Assembly: GCA_964648865.1 (NCBI GenBank)
Contig: CAZYLV010000005.1
Location: forward strand, 6,360 to 70,359
Direction of reading: 5' to 3'
DNA length: 64,000 nucleotides
DNA from: an uncultured Gammaproteobacteria bacterium
GTDB taxonomy: Bacteria > Patescibacteriota > Patescibacteriia > 2-12-FULL-57-11
In this document: piece after piece, positions 25,637 through 34,940 of the stretch
How positions within the stretch are numbered: position 1 is the first letter of the stretch
How the letters are laid out: each line of letters starts with the position of its first letter
The notes under the pieces: generated by a model
Told to the model about the DNA's origin: nothing
Database searches by the model: none
What the model saw: only the letters and a program-made list of their open reading frames with translations
Position numbers and translations under genes: made by a program

Positions 25637-27430
25637 ATGGACCAGTCCCGGATCCGCAACTTCTGCATCATCGCCCATATCGACCACGGCAAGTCGACCC
25701 TCGCGGATCGGCTGCTTGAGGTGACCGGGACGGTCGAGAAGCGCCGCATGAAGGACCAGCTCCTGGACATGATGGAGCTGGAGCGCGAGCGCGGCATCAC
25801 CATCAAGCTGCAGCCGGCCCGCATGCGCCACAAGGACCACGAGCTCAACCTCATCGACACCCCGGGCCACGTCGACTTCACCTACGAGGTGTCGCGGTCG
25901 CTGGCGGCGGTGGAAGGCGCGTTGCTGCTGGTGGATGCCACGCAGGGCGTGCAGGCCCAGACGCTCGGCAACCTGTACCTGGCCATGGAGCAGGACCTGG
26001 CCATCATCCCGGTGGTCAACAAGATCGACCTGCCCAACGCCCAGGTGGAGAAGACCGTCGAGGAGATCGTCCACCTCATCGGCTGCGCGCCGGAGGACGT
26101 GCTCACCGCCTCGGGCAAGACCGGGGCGGGCGTGCCGGAGATCCTCGACGCGGTCATCGCCCGCATCCCGCCGCCGAAGGGCGATCCTGCCGCGCCGTTG
26201 CGCGCGCTGATCTTCGATTCCAAGTACGACGAGTTCAAGGGCGTCGTGGCCTACGCGCGCATCGTCGACGGCAGCGTCAGGACCAACGCCGCCATCCGGA
26301 CGCTCGGCACGCAGCGCGACGGTCAGGCGCTGGAAATCGGCCGCTTCACGCCGCAGCCGGTGGCCGAGCCGGAGCTGACCGCCGGGCAGATCGGCTACGT
26401 CGTCACCGGGCTCAAGGACATCGAGGGCGTGCGCGTCGGCGACACCATCACCGTCACGGATGCCGCGGCCGCGCCGCTCGCGGGTTACCGCGAAGTGAAG
26501 CCCATGGTCTACGCCGGCATCTTCCCCAAGGAGGGCAACGAGTACGAGCGGCTGCGCGACGCCATCCTCAAGCTCAAGCTCTCCGACGCGGCGCTCTCCT
26601 TCGAGCCGGAGCACTCGGCGGCGCTGGGCTTCGGCTTCCGCTGCGGCATGCTCGGGCTGCTCCACCTGGAGATCGTCCAGGAGCGGCTGCGGCGCGAGCA
26701 TCACATGGAGATCGTGGTCACCACGCCGTCCGTGGCCTACCGCGTCACCACCACCGACGGCGCCGTGCGCGCCATCAAGAGCCCGGCGGACTTCCCGGAC
26801 GCCTCGCGGCTCAAGACGGCCGAGGAGCCCTGGGTCAAGCTCGACGTGGTCGCGCCGTCCGAGGCCATCGGCGGGGTCATGGCGCTGGTCGCCGAGAAGC
26901 GCGGCGTCTACAGGAACACGGAGTACCTGACCGCCGGCCAGAGCGGCCAGCGCGCCGTGCTGCACTATGAGATCCCGCTGTCGTCCATCCTCGTCGACTT
27001 CTACGACCGGCTGAAGTCGGTGTCTTCCGGGTACGCCTCCATGAACTACGAGGTCATCGGTTACCGCGAGGCCGACATCATCAAGCTGGACATCCTGGTG
27101 GCCGAGGAGCCCGTGGAAGCGCTGGCCGCGCTCCTGCCGCGCGAGGAGTCGCAGCGCACCGGGCGGAGCATCGTCGAGAAGCTCAAGGAGTCGCTGCCGC
27201 GGCAGAGCTTCGAGGTCAAGCTGCAGGCGGCCATCGGCGGCAAGGTCATCGCCTCGGAGCGGCTCAGCGCCTACCGCAAGGACGTGCTCGCCAAGATGAG
27301 CGGCGGCGACGTGACCCGCAAACGCAAGCTGCTCGAGAAGCAGAAGGCCGGCAAGAAGCGCATGGCCGGGCAGGGGAGCGTGGACATCCCGCCCGAGACC
27401 TACCTTGCCGTGCTCCGCCGGAACGGTTGA
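25637..27430 (+). CDS. lepA: elongation factor 4 (LepA)
   Basis: 'IRNFCIIAHIDHGKSTLADRLL', 'DTPGHVDF' and 'NKIDL' G-domain motifs. LepA-specific C-terminus. TATAGT box 11 nt upstream. Confidence 0.95.
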   Translation: MDQSRIRNFCIIAHIDHGKSTLADRLLEVTGTVEKRRMKDQLLDMMELERERGITIKLQPARMRHKDHELNLIDTPGHVDFTYEVSRSLAAVEGALLLVDATQGVQAQTLGNLYLAMEQDLAIIPVVNKIDLPNAQVEKTVEEIVHLIGCAPEDVLTASGKTGAGVPEILDAVIARIPPPKGDPAAPLRALIFDSKYDEFKGVVAYARIVDGSVRTNAAIRTLGTQRDGQALEIGRFTPQPVAEPELTAGQIGYVVTGLKDIEGVRVGDTITVTDAAAAPLAGYREVKPMVYAGIFPKEGNEYERLRDAILKLKLSDAALSFEPEHSAALGFGFRCGMLGLLHLEIVQERLRREHHMEIVVTTPSVAYRVTTTDGAVRAIKSPADFPDASRLKTAEEPWVKLDVVAPSEAIGGVMALVAEKRGVYRNTEYLTAGQSGQRAVLHYEIPLSSILVDFYDRLKSVSSGYASMNYEVIGYREADIIKLDILVAEEPVEALAALLPREESQRTGRSIVEKLKESLPRQSFEVKLQAAIGGKVIASERLSAYRKDVLAKMSGGDVTRKRKLLEKQKAGKKRMAGQGSVDIPPETYLAVLRRNG

Positions 27431-27474
27431 CGGGACTCCGCTTTTCCTGTACCCCGAAGGGAGGAGGTCAAGAG

Positions 27475-27917
27475 TGCACCACATATTCGAGACGCTCCCC
27501 TCGGTGCAGGGGAAGATCCAGGAGATCGAGGACATCATCATGCGGCATCAGCCGGGCGTCCCGGTGCAGTACCTCGAGGGCTGCGACGGGATGCTGACGG
27601 TGATGCATGCCGTCACGCGCACCTACCAGATCGAGTGGTACGCGGTGTTCGAGGATGCGGACGAGGATGCCGGCATCCCGGCCACGGCCACGGCGCGGGC
27701 GGCGCTGGCGTCGCCCGAGCTCGGCAACCGCATCGAGCTGACCTGGGATCCCGTCACCCGGACGTGGCGGTCGAGCGTGGACCTGCCCGAGGCCGACGGC
27801 CTCGTCGGCTTCCATCGCCAGTTCCGGGACGTCTTCGACCGCGCCGACCGCTCCTGCAGCGAGGACGAGTCCTTCGAGATCATCAACGCGGCCGCGGCCT
27901 TCGTGGCCAAGGGGTGA
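27475..27917 (+). CDS. hypothetical protein
   Basis: GTG start 7 nt after GGGAGGAGG. 147 aa, acidic. No recognisable motif. Confidence 0.4.
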
Positions 27918-27921
27918 GCCG

Positions 27922-28386
27922 ATGTCTCTCGACGACATCGTCCTCCCGCCGGACGTGCTGGCGGCGCGCTCCGCGCTGTGGCTGCCCGTCCGCGACGCCG
28001 GAATCGTCATAGGCCGCTTCAAACCCCCGGCCGGAAGGCAGCAGCGCGGCTTCACCGAGAACGTCCTTTTGGGGACGGCCATGTGCACGCTCGACGCGGT
28101 CTATCCGCTCGGTCGGCCGCATGAGCTGCATGTCTCGGTGACGCTGGTCGACACCGCGGTGCGTCCGCCGCGCGCGGACGGGCTGGGGCTCGGGTACCTG
28201 CGCTACGAAGGAGGCGTCTGGCTGCTCCACCTGGAGCGCTCGGAGAGCATGTTCCTCTGGAACGCGGTCTACGCGAAGCTCACCGGCGGCATCCTGGCCC
28301 AGGAGAGCATGGCCGAGGTCCGCATGCCCGACGTGCTGGTCGTCGCCAGCCACATCGGCCGGTTCCTGGCGGACGGCGCCGCCTGA
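27922..28386 (+). CDS. hypothetical protein
   Basis: 154 aa. Starts 4 nt after the previous stop. Ends at repeat element copy B. Confidence 0.4.
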   Translation: MSLDDIVLPPDVLAARSALWLPVRDAGIVIGRFKPPAGRQQRGFTENVLLGTAMCTLDAVYPLGRPHELHVSVTLVDTAVRPPRADGLGLGYLRYEGGVWLLHLERSESMFLWNAVYAKLTGGILAQESMAEVRMPDVLVVASHIGRFLADGAA

Positions 28387-28396
28387 GGGGCGGGTT

Positions 28397-28466
28397 CCTT
28401 CGGCCTCACCGGAGGTGTCAGCCTCAGGACGCCGCACACGGATGGCATGTGCGGCGCTTTTTTATC
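28397..28466 (+). repeat. ~70-nt 3'-UTR repeat element copy B ending in an intrinsic terminator
   Basis: TCGGCCTCACCGGAGGTgTCaGCCTCaGGACGCCGCaCACGGAtGgCATGtGCGGCGcTTTTTT. Terminal hairpin GCCGCACA/TGTGCGGC plus T-tract. Confidence 0.7.
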
Positions 28467-28485
28467 TCTGGTAGGATGCCGCCTT

Positions 28486-30237
28486 ATGGCCGAACGGCGG
28501 TGGGACATCGGCGCGCCGGCGCCCGAGGAGGTGCGCGCGCGGTTCGCAGGCTGGCATCCGGTGACGGTGGACCTGCTGTTCCGCCGCGGCATCGCCACGC
28601 CTGAGGAGGCCGAGGGCTTCTTGGAGCCGCGCTACGAGGAGGCGCTCCACGACCCCTTCCTGTTCAGGGACATGCGCAAGGCCGTGGACCGGCTGCTGCG
28701 CGCCATCGAGAAGCGCGAGACCGTCACCATCCACGGCGACTACGACGCCGACGGGGTCGACGCCGCGGCGCTGCTCCATATCCTCCTCAAGAAGCTCGGC
28801 GCGCAGGTCGACGTCTTCTTGCCGCACCGCGAGGAGGACGGCTACGGCATCATCACGCGCACCGTCGAGGCGCTGGCCGCCCGCGGGACGACCGTGCTCA
28901 TCACCTGCGACTGCGGCATCGCCAACCGCGCCGAGATCGCCCGCGGCAACGAGCTGGGCATCGACACCATCATCACCGACCATCATGCCATGCCGGCCGA
29001 GCTGCCCGAGGCGCACGCCACCATCCATCCGCTCGTGCCCGGGGAGACCTATCCGGACAAGGGGCTCTCCGGCGGCGGCGTGGCCTTCAAGCTGGCCACG
29101 GCGCTCTTGGCCGAAGCGCGCACGCGCATGCCCGAGCGCACCGCGGAGATCCCGCTCGGCTGGGAGAAATGGCTGCTGGAGTTCGCGGCAATCAGTTCCA
29201 TCGGCGACGTCGTGCCGCTCCTGGGCGAGACGCGGGCCCTCGTCAAGTACGGCTTGGTGGTGCTCAACAGGCATCGCCGTCCCGGGATGCGCAAGCTCCT
29301 CGCGCTCACCGGGCATCTCGACCCGCTGGGGCTGATGAAGCCCAAGGAGATCACCAGCGAGACCGTCGCCTTCCAGATCTGCCCGCGCATCAACGCCGCC
29401 GGGCGCATGCATCACGCGGAAGACGCCTTCCGGCTGCTCACCGCCGAGGATGAGGAGGAAGCCGCGACCTTCGCGCAGCGCCTGCAGGACCTCAACAAGG
29501 ACCGCCAAAAGGCCGTGGAGCGGATGATGCTCGAGGCCAAGCGGCAGGTCGTGGAGGAGAGGCAGGACGAGGCCTACGCCATCGTCGTCGCCGCGGAGGA
29601 TTGGCCGGCGGGGCTCGTCGGGCTGGTGGCCGGGCGCATCGCCGAGCAGTTCTATCGGCCGACGTTCGTGCTCGGGAAGAAGGAGACGGGCTGGGTCGGC
29701 AGCGGGCGCGGCATCCCGGAGTTCGACATGATGGAGGCGCTCAACGCCATGCCGGAGATGTTCGTGAAGTACGGCGGCCATCCGCAGGCCTGCGGCTTCA
29801 CGGTCAAGACCGAGGCCTTCGCGGCGTTCCGCGAGCGCATGCAGGCCTTCGCCAAGGAGAAGCTCGGCCACGCGGAGCTTGTGCCGACGCTGCGCATCGA
29901 GGCGGCCGTGGCGCTGGGCGACGTCGGTTGGGAGCTCCATGAGGCGGTGCAACGGCTGCAGCCCTTCGGCGAGCGCAACGCGGAACCGGTCTTCGCGGTG
30001 CGCGGCGTGGCCGTGGCCGGCGTCGACGTGGTCGGCAAGGACGGCACGCACTTGCGCCTCACGCTCGCGGACGGCGCGGTGGTGCGCAAGACCATCGGTT
30101 TCCGGTTGGGGGAGTGGGCGACGCGGGTGCGGCCCGGTGATAGAATGGACGTCGCCTTCACGCTCGGCACCAACGACTGGAACGGGAAGAGCGAGTTGCA
30201 GCTCAAGATCGTGGACCTGAAGCCGCATGGCGCATAA
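28486..30237 (+). CDS. recJ: single-stranded-DNA-specific exonuclease RecJ
   Basis: DHH motifs 'IHGDYDADGV' and 'ITDHH', DHHA1 'GGHPQACG', and a C-terminal OB fold. Start at ATG 28486 ('MAERRWDIG'), just after the terminator. Confidence 0.9.
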   Translation: MAERRWDIGAPAPEEVRARFAGWHPVTVDLLFRRGIATPEEAEGFLEPRYEEALHDPFLFRDMRKAVDRLLRAIEKRETVTIHGDYDADGVDAAALLHILLKKLGAQVDVFLPHREEDGYGIITRTVEALAARGTTVLITCDCGIANRAEIARGNELGIDTIITDHHAMPAELPEAHATIHPLVPGETYPDKGLSGGGVAFKLATALLAEARTRMPERTAEIPLGWEKWLLEFAAISSIGDVVPLLGETRALVKYGLVVLNRHRRPGMRKLLALTGHLDPLGLMKPKEITSETVAFQICPRINAAGRMHHAEDAFRLLTAEDEEEAATFAQRLQDLNKDRQKAVERMMLEAKRQVVEERQDEAYAIVVAAEDWPAGLVGLVAGRIAEQFYRPTFVLGKKETGWVGSGRGIPEFDMMEALNAMPEMFVKYGGHPQACGFTVKTEAFAAFRERMQAFAKEKLGHAELVPTLRIEAAVALGDVGWELHEAVQRLQPFGERNAEPVFAVRGVAVAGVDVVGKDGTHLRLTLADGAVVRKTIGFRLGEWATRVRPGDRMDVAFTLGTNDWNGKSELQLKIVDLKPHGA

Positions 30238-30640
30238 GCACCTCATCACCTACACCGACGGCGGGGCGCGGGGGAATCCCGGTCCGGCCGCGTTGGGCGT
30301 CGTCATCAAGAGCGGCCACGAGACCCTCGAGGCCTACGGCCGCTACCTCGGTGAGACCACCAACAACATCGCCGAGTACTCGGCGGTCCTCTCGGCGTTG
30401 GAACGCTGCAAGGACCTCGGCGCGGAGGAGGTGGAGATGCGCATGGACTCCGAGCTCGTGGTCAAGCAGATGAAGGGGGAATACAAAGTGAAGAACCCCG
30501 GCCTCGCCCAAATCTACCTCAAGATCCACAACGTCATGACCGGCTTCAAGAAGGTGACCTTCCACCACGTCCGGCGGGAGCTCAATAAGGAAGCGGACGC
30601 GCAGGTGAACGCCGCCCTGGACAGGCGCCTCAAGGGTTGA
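30227..30640 (+). CDS. rnhA: ribonuclease HI
   Basis: 'ITYTDGGARGNPGPAALGVV' with active-site 'DG' and 'TNNIAEY' (E). C-terminal 'HHVRRELNKEADAQVN' (D). Overlaps the recJ end by 11 nt. Confidence 0.9.
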   Translation: MAHKHLITYTDGGARGNPGPAALGVVIKSGHETLEAYGRYLGETTNNIAEYSAVLSALERCKDLGAEEVEMRMDSELVVKQMKGEYKVKNPGLAQIYLKIHNVMTGFKKVTFHHVRRELNKEADAQVNAALDRRLKG

Positions 30641-30665
30641 TAGGTTCGCGGCGAAGGAGGAGAGG

Positions 30666-30809
30666 ATGGCCGTATCGCTCAAGCGGACGCTCCGCAGGGT
30701 CTCGGAGTGCGTCGACCGCTGCAGCTGGGCGCCGGATCCGGTGAAGCGGGGAGTCGGTTTCATCGCAGGGAAACCGTATTGGCGGTATCTGCCGCGCCGC
30801 TATCGATAG
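30666..30809 (+). CDS. small basic protein (47 aa), hypothetical
   Basis: ATG 4 nt after AAGGAGGAGAGG. 'MAVSLKRTLRRVSECVDRCSWAPDPVKRGVGFIAGKPYWRYLPRRYR'. Followed by a terminator. Not in the ORF track because it is under 60 aa. Confidence 0.35.
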   Translation: MAVSLKRTLRRVSECVDRCSWAPDPVKRGVGFIAGKPYWRYLPRRYR

Positions 30810-30831
30810 CGGCCGGCGCGTGCCGGTCGAC

Positions 30832-30857
30832 GAGCAGCGCTTCGGCGCTCTTTTTTG
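30832..30857 (+). terminator. rho-independent terminator (AGCGC-TTCG-GCGCT + TTTTTT)
   Basis: GC stem followed by a T-tract. Confidence 0.75.
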
Positions 30858-30866
30858 TGCTAGAAT
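30858..30866 (+). promoter_or_regulatory. extended -10 TGcTAGAAT, 6 nt before ATG 30873 (leaderless)
   Basis: Spacing places the TSS on the A of the start codon. Confidence 0.5.
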
Positions 30867-30872
30867 GGCGGC

Positions 30873-32858
30873 ATGCGGAGGACCTTGCGGACCGCATTGT
30901 TCGCAGGAGTGCTGGTGCTTTTTGGCACGGCGCTTTTGGCGTCGACGGCCGAGGCCGTGGAGGGCGACCGGTTGCGCGGCTGGCTGTGGAGCGAACGCGT
31001 GGGGTGGTTCTCGGTGAACTGCGTGACGGGCGGCGGCTGCCCGCCGGACTACGGCGTGGACGTGGCCGATGCCGTCACCCCGCAGCCGGACGGCGGCACC
31101 GGGTACGGCATCACCGGTTGGGCCTGGTCCTCGAACGTCGGCTGGACGTGCTTCGGCGGCACCTGCGACAGCCAGTTCCCGCACCGCCCGCCCGGCTCTC
31201 CGGGGAGCATCCCGGCCTACGTCGACGCGTCGGGCGAGGTCCACGGCTGGGCCAACGTGCTCTCGCTCAAGGAGCGCGGCTTCATCTCCCTCAACTGCGA
31301 CACCACCGGGCCGGTCGGCTGCACCGACTACGCCGTGGACATGGACCTCGGTACCGGCACGGTCACCGGCTTCGGCTGGAACGGCAACGACGACGGCACC
31401 GGCATCGGCTGGGTGGACTTCTCCGTGTCCACGCTCGTCACCACGGAGACCATGTGCGCGGACGGCGTCGACAACGACCTCGACGGGCGCATCGACTGCG
31501 CCGACACGGACTGCCTCGGCGTGGCCGGCCCCGGCGGCGTCACGTGCGGGCCGGAGTCCTCGCCGGCGGAGTGCACGGACACCAACGACAACGACGGCGA
31601 CGGCCTCACGGACTGCGCGGACAACCTGCCGGACGCGGATGGTGAGATCTGCTGGCATCAGGACGCCTACGGCTGCCCGTCGACGGAGCTCGTCTGCGAC
31701 GACGGCATCGACAACGACCACGACGACGGCTCCGGCAACTACGACGACCAGCCGACGAGCGGCGTGGATTGCGCGGACACCGACTGCCTCGGGGTCGGCG
31801 CGTGCGCCTCGGAGGAGGCCTTCGTGCTCGGCCCGGGCAACGAGGTCGCGGCCTGCTCCGACGTCTTCGACAACGACCTCGACGGCGATCTCGACTGCCG
31901 CGACGCTTCTTGCCTCCCGTATTGCCCGGGCGAATGCGCCGTGGACTCCTCCTTGCGCTGCATGCCGAGCGCCACGCCCAACCAGTGCCCGACCGACGGC
32001 GACGGCAACCCCACGCCGTGCGACGAGCTGCTCTTCCCATGGCTGCAGGCGCTCTTCGATGACATCTATTCGGCCCGCGGCATCCGCGCCGAGAACCCGC
32101 CGCCGGTGGGCGAGTACAACGCCACCTTCTGCCTGGTGACCGGCTCCGGCACCACGCCGCTCAATTTCATCACCCGGACCGCCGGCACGCCGTGCGATCC
32201 GCTCAAGGAGCTCCCGGTCCTGCGCGTGCCGAGCGCCGCCACCGGCTACGCCAGCCCGCTCGGACGGCTGGACGTCGAGGGCATCAAGCGCGGCGCCTAC
32301 GGCCGGGTGACGACCCTCGGCCAGAACGACTGGGCGCTGGTGCCCAACGTCCTCGCCGGCCGCGTCTATCGGTTCCCGGACGGGGTGAGCGTCCCGGCCG
32401 GCAGCTGGAAGTTCCTCAACGGCGCGGGCAGCGGCTCCGGCGCCGGACTCCTGCTGGTCGAGGGCGAGCTCATCGTCAAGGGCGACGTCGGCTACACGGA
32501 CGCCGCGGCAGGCACGCTGCGGAACCTGGCATCGCTCGGCGTCGTCGTCATCGACAAGCGCGCCGCGGACGGCACGCTCATCACGCCTGCGCGCATCACC
32601 ATCGACGGCGCCGTCTCTTCGCTCGTCGGGACCTATTACACGGAGGGGGCGCTGCTGACCGGCGCGAGCGCCACGACGCCGCTGGCGGTGCGCGGCATCA
32701 TGTTGGCCAAGCAGTTCGAATTCCAGCGCGGCACCGCCATCCCCGGCACGCCCTCGGAACGCATCATCTACGACGGTCGGGCCGTGGCCAACCCGCCGCC
32801 GGGCATGGCGGACGTGCTGCGGTCGTTGCCGACGTTCACGGAAGTCGCGCCGCGCTAG
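30873..32858 (+). CDS. large secreted protein with N-terminal GW(a)WS..VGW repeats, Cys/Asp-rich DxDxDG..DCxDxDC repeats and a Gly/Ala-rich C-terminal domain
   Basis: Signal peptide '[28 protein letters not shown]'. Repeats '[16 protein letters not shown]', '[16 protein letters not shown]', '[14 protein letters not shown]', '[19 protein letters not shown]'. Four 'C.D..DND.DG..DC.D.DC' units. Confidence 0.6.
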   Translation: MRRTLRTALFAGVLVLFGTALLASTAEAVEGDRLRGWLWSERVGWFSVNCVTGGGCPPDYGVDVADAVTPQPDGGTGYGITGWAWSSNVGWTCFGGTCDSQFPHRPPGSPGSIPAYVDASGEVHGWANVLSLKERGFISLNCDTTGPVGCTDYAVDMDLGTGTVTGFGWNGNDDGTGIGWVDFSVSTLVTTETMCADGVDNDLDGRIDCADTDCLGVAGPGGVTCGPESSPAECTDTNDNDGDGLTDCADNLPDADGEICWHQDAYGCPSTELVCDDGIDNDHDDGSGNYDDQPTSGVDCADTDCLGVGACASEEAFVLGPGNEVAACSDVFDNDLDGDLDCRDASCLPYCPGECAVDSSLRCMPSATPNQCPTDGDGNPTPCDELLFPWLQALFDDIYSARGIRAENPPPVGEYNATFCLVTGSGTTPLNFITRTAGTPCDPLKELPVLRVPSAATGYASPLGRLDVEGIKRGAYGRVTTLGQNDWALVPNVLAGRVYRFPDGVSVPAGSWKFLNGAGSGSGAGLLLVEGELIVKGDVGYTDAAAGTLRNLASLGVVVIDKRAADGTLITPARITIDGAVSSLVGTYYTEGALLTGASATTPLAVRGIMLAKQFEFQRGTAIPGTPSERIIYDGRAVANPPPGMADVLRSLPTFTEVAPR

Positions 32859-32888
32859 TCAGTTTTTTGGGTGCTAATCAATCGTAGT

Positions 32889-33764
32889 ATGCAAGCCGAC
32901 CGAACAACATTTAAGAAACTGTATTGGACAAGCTTTGGAATTGCTTTGGGGGGTGGAATCGTGGGCACTTTTCTCGCACAGATGGCCGAAGAAGGGTCGC
33001 TTGTCGCATCCGACTACTCGGATATCTCTTATCTGATTGCTTTTATTGGCATCGTCCTGCATACGCTTACATACGCGGCATTCGCACGGGCACGCCGATA
33101 CGGATGGCAAATGACGCTCGGTTCAGCGCTTGCTGGATTCGTCTTTTTCCCGTTTCTTTCTCTCGTTTACTACGGTGGTTTTGTGAAAGGGAGCTTTGAT
33201 GAAAATGGGGCAATCATTACGAAAACGGAAAAAAGAACAACGCAGGAGAGTCGGCAATCTTCCGAGCGTATTTGGCAGGTGATGAGCGCCATTCTCGGCG
33301 TAATGTTAATTCTTTTTCTGATTCTTTGGATTGATTCCGGAGAGAGAATCAATGATCTGAATCAGGAAATATCTGTAGTAAGGACGGAGAATCTCAGACT
33401 ACTTAGCGAGCTGGATAACGTACGTTCAGCTGGCCAGTATTTTTTGGGTCGCTCGCAAGAACTTGAGCAACAGCAAGAAGATTTGAGGCGACTTGCTACC
33501 ATTGCTGGGAAGGGGTTGGATGACTTCGATGCACTGTCACAAACAATCTTTTCTGACGCTGACTTCGTTGTCGAATGGTTATCAGATTACGGTCAGTTTG
33601 ATGTTCCATCCGGTGCCTACGCTCAAGCAGGCGCTCATTACGCCAGATGGAAGACCCAACAAGAACAGCATCAGCGAGAGTACGCTCGAATTAAGCTTGA
33701 AATAGAGAACAGCATTAACGAACTGCTCGAAATTGGTGGCTACGAGGGCGTGCAGCAACAATAA
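32889..33764 (+). CDS. low-GC membrane protein: 4 predicted TM helices plus C-terminal coiled-coil domain (hypothetical)
   Basis: Starts at ATG 32889 ('MQADRTTFKKLYW'), with GTG 32871 as an alternative. Codon usage is AT-rich relative to its neighbours. TAGTAT/TAATCA -10-like boxes at 32872-32890. Confidence 0.5.
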   Translation: MQADRTTFKKLYWTSFGIALGGGIVGTFLAQMAEEGSLVASDYSDISYLIAFIGIVLHTLTYAAFARARRYGWQMTLGSALAGFVFFPFLSLVYYGGFVKGSFDENGAIITKTEKRTTQESRQSSERIWQVMSAILGVMLILFLILWIDSGERINDLNQEISVVRTENLRLLSELDNVRSAGQYFLGRSQELEQQQEDLRRLATIAGKGLDDFDALSQTIFSDADFVVEWLSDYGQFDVPSGAYAQAGAHYARWKTQQEQHQREYARIKLEIENSINELLEIGGYEGVQQQ

Positions 33765-33802
33765 TTTACTCACGTTGCACGATGTGCTCGAAGTGCTGAG
33801 CG

Positions 33803-33811
33803 TGCTATACT
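33803..33811 (+). promoter_or_regulatory. extended -10 TGcTATACT upstream of pilM
   Basis: 19 nt upstream of the pilM ATG. Confidence 0.5.
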
Positions 33812-33830
33812 GAGTCGTCATCCAGCATTC

Positions 33831-34895
33831 ATGGCACTCTTCGGGAAACCCGCAAAACAGAGTTACCTCGGCGTCGACATCGGCGCCGGAGGCATCAAAG
33901 TCGTGGAGCTCATCAACGAGAAGGGCCGTGCGCGACTGATGACCTACGGCTTCGCCGAGCACGCCGTCGGCAAGGTCGGGGAGAATCTCCTCGACCAGCC
34001 GGAGAAGGCCGCGGCCCTGCTCAAGGAGATCTGCGCGCGTGCCAAGACCGCGACCCCCAAGGTCATCTCGGGGTTGCCCGTCTCGCAGGTCTTCTCGTCC
34101 GTGGTCACGGTGCCCGCGGCCACCGGCAAGGCGCTCTCCGCTGCCGTCGAGCTGCAGGCCAAGAAGCTCATCCCGCTGCCGCTCGAGGAGATGATCCTCG
34201 AGACCACGCCCATCCCGGACGCGCCGGGTGAAGGCGGCAAGAAGCAGAACTACGCGCGCGTCCTGCTCACCGGCGCCGCCAAGTCGCTCGTCAAGAAGTA
34301 CATCGACGTCTTCAAGCTGGCCGGGCTGCAGCTGCTCTCGTTGGAGACCGAGGCCTTCGCCCTCATCCGCTCGTTGGTGGGCCGCGACCGCGGCAGCGTC
34401 ATGCTCATCGACATGGGCGCGCTGCGCACCAACATCATCGTCGTCCAGAACGGCATCCCGTTCCTCTCACGGTCGCTCAACCTCGGCGGGCTGACGCTCT
34501 CCCGCGCCATGTCCGAGACGATGCGCATCCCGCTCCAGCAGGCCGAACAGCTCAAGGTGGACGCCCAAGCCGTGGCCGACGTCATGCCGGACGCCGGGCT
34601 GCCCAAGATGTTCGACAGCGCGTTGACCATGCTCCTCAACGAGCTGCGCTACTCCTCCAACCTCTACGCCGGCCAGAACGAGACGCCTCGGCAGATCGAG
34701 AAGATCGTGCTGACCGGCGGCGCGGCGCTCTTCCCGCGCCTGGCCGAGACCATCGGCAGCACCATGGGGATCAAGGCCTATGTCGGCGACCCGTGGGCGC
34801 GCGTCATCTATCCGCTCGACCTGCGTCCCGTGCTCGATCAGATCGGTTCCCGCTTCAGCGTCGCGGTCGGCTTGGCGATGCGGGACATCGAGTAG
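33831..34895 (+). CDS. pilM: type IV pilus assembly protein PilM (actin-like ATPase fold)
   Basis: 'KQSYLGVDIGAGGIKVVEL' N-terminal ASKHA motif. 354 aa. First gene of the pil cluster. Confidence 0.85.
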   Translation: MALFGKPAKQSYLGVDIGAGGIKVVELINEKGRARLMTYGFAEHAVGKVGENLLDQPEKAAALLKEICARAKTATPKVISGLPVSQVFSSVVTVPAATGKALSAAVELQAKKLIPLPLEEMILETTPIPDAPGEGGKKQNYARVLLTGAAKSLVKKYIDVFKLAGLQLLSLETEAFALIRSLVGRDRGSVMLIDMGALRTNIIVVQNGIPFLSRSLNLGGLTLSRAMSETMRIPLQQAEQLKVDAQAVADVMPDAGLPKMFDSALTMLLNELRYSSNLYAGQNETPRQIEKIVLTGGAALFPRLAETIGSTMGIKAYVGDPWARVIYPLDLRPVLDQIGSRFSVAVGLAMRDIE

Positions 34896-34904
34896 GAGGT
34901 TTCG

Positions 34905-34913
34905 TGGTATACT
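34905..34913 (+). promoter_or_regulatory. extended -10 TGgTATACT upstream of pilN
   Basis: Internal promoter-like box in the pilM-pilN gap. Confidence 0.4.
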
Positions 34914-34940
34914 CGGGGGGTAATCCTTACCGTCGCTCGC

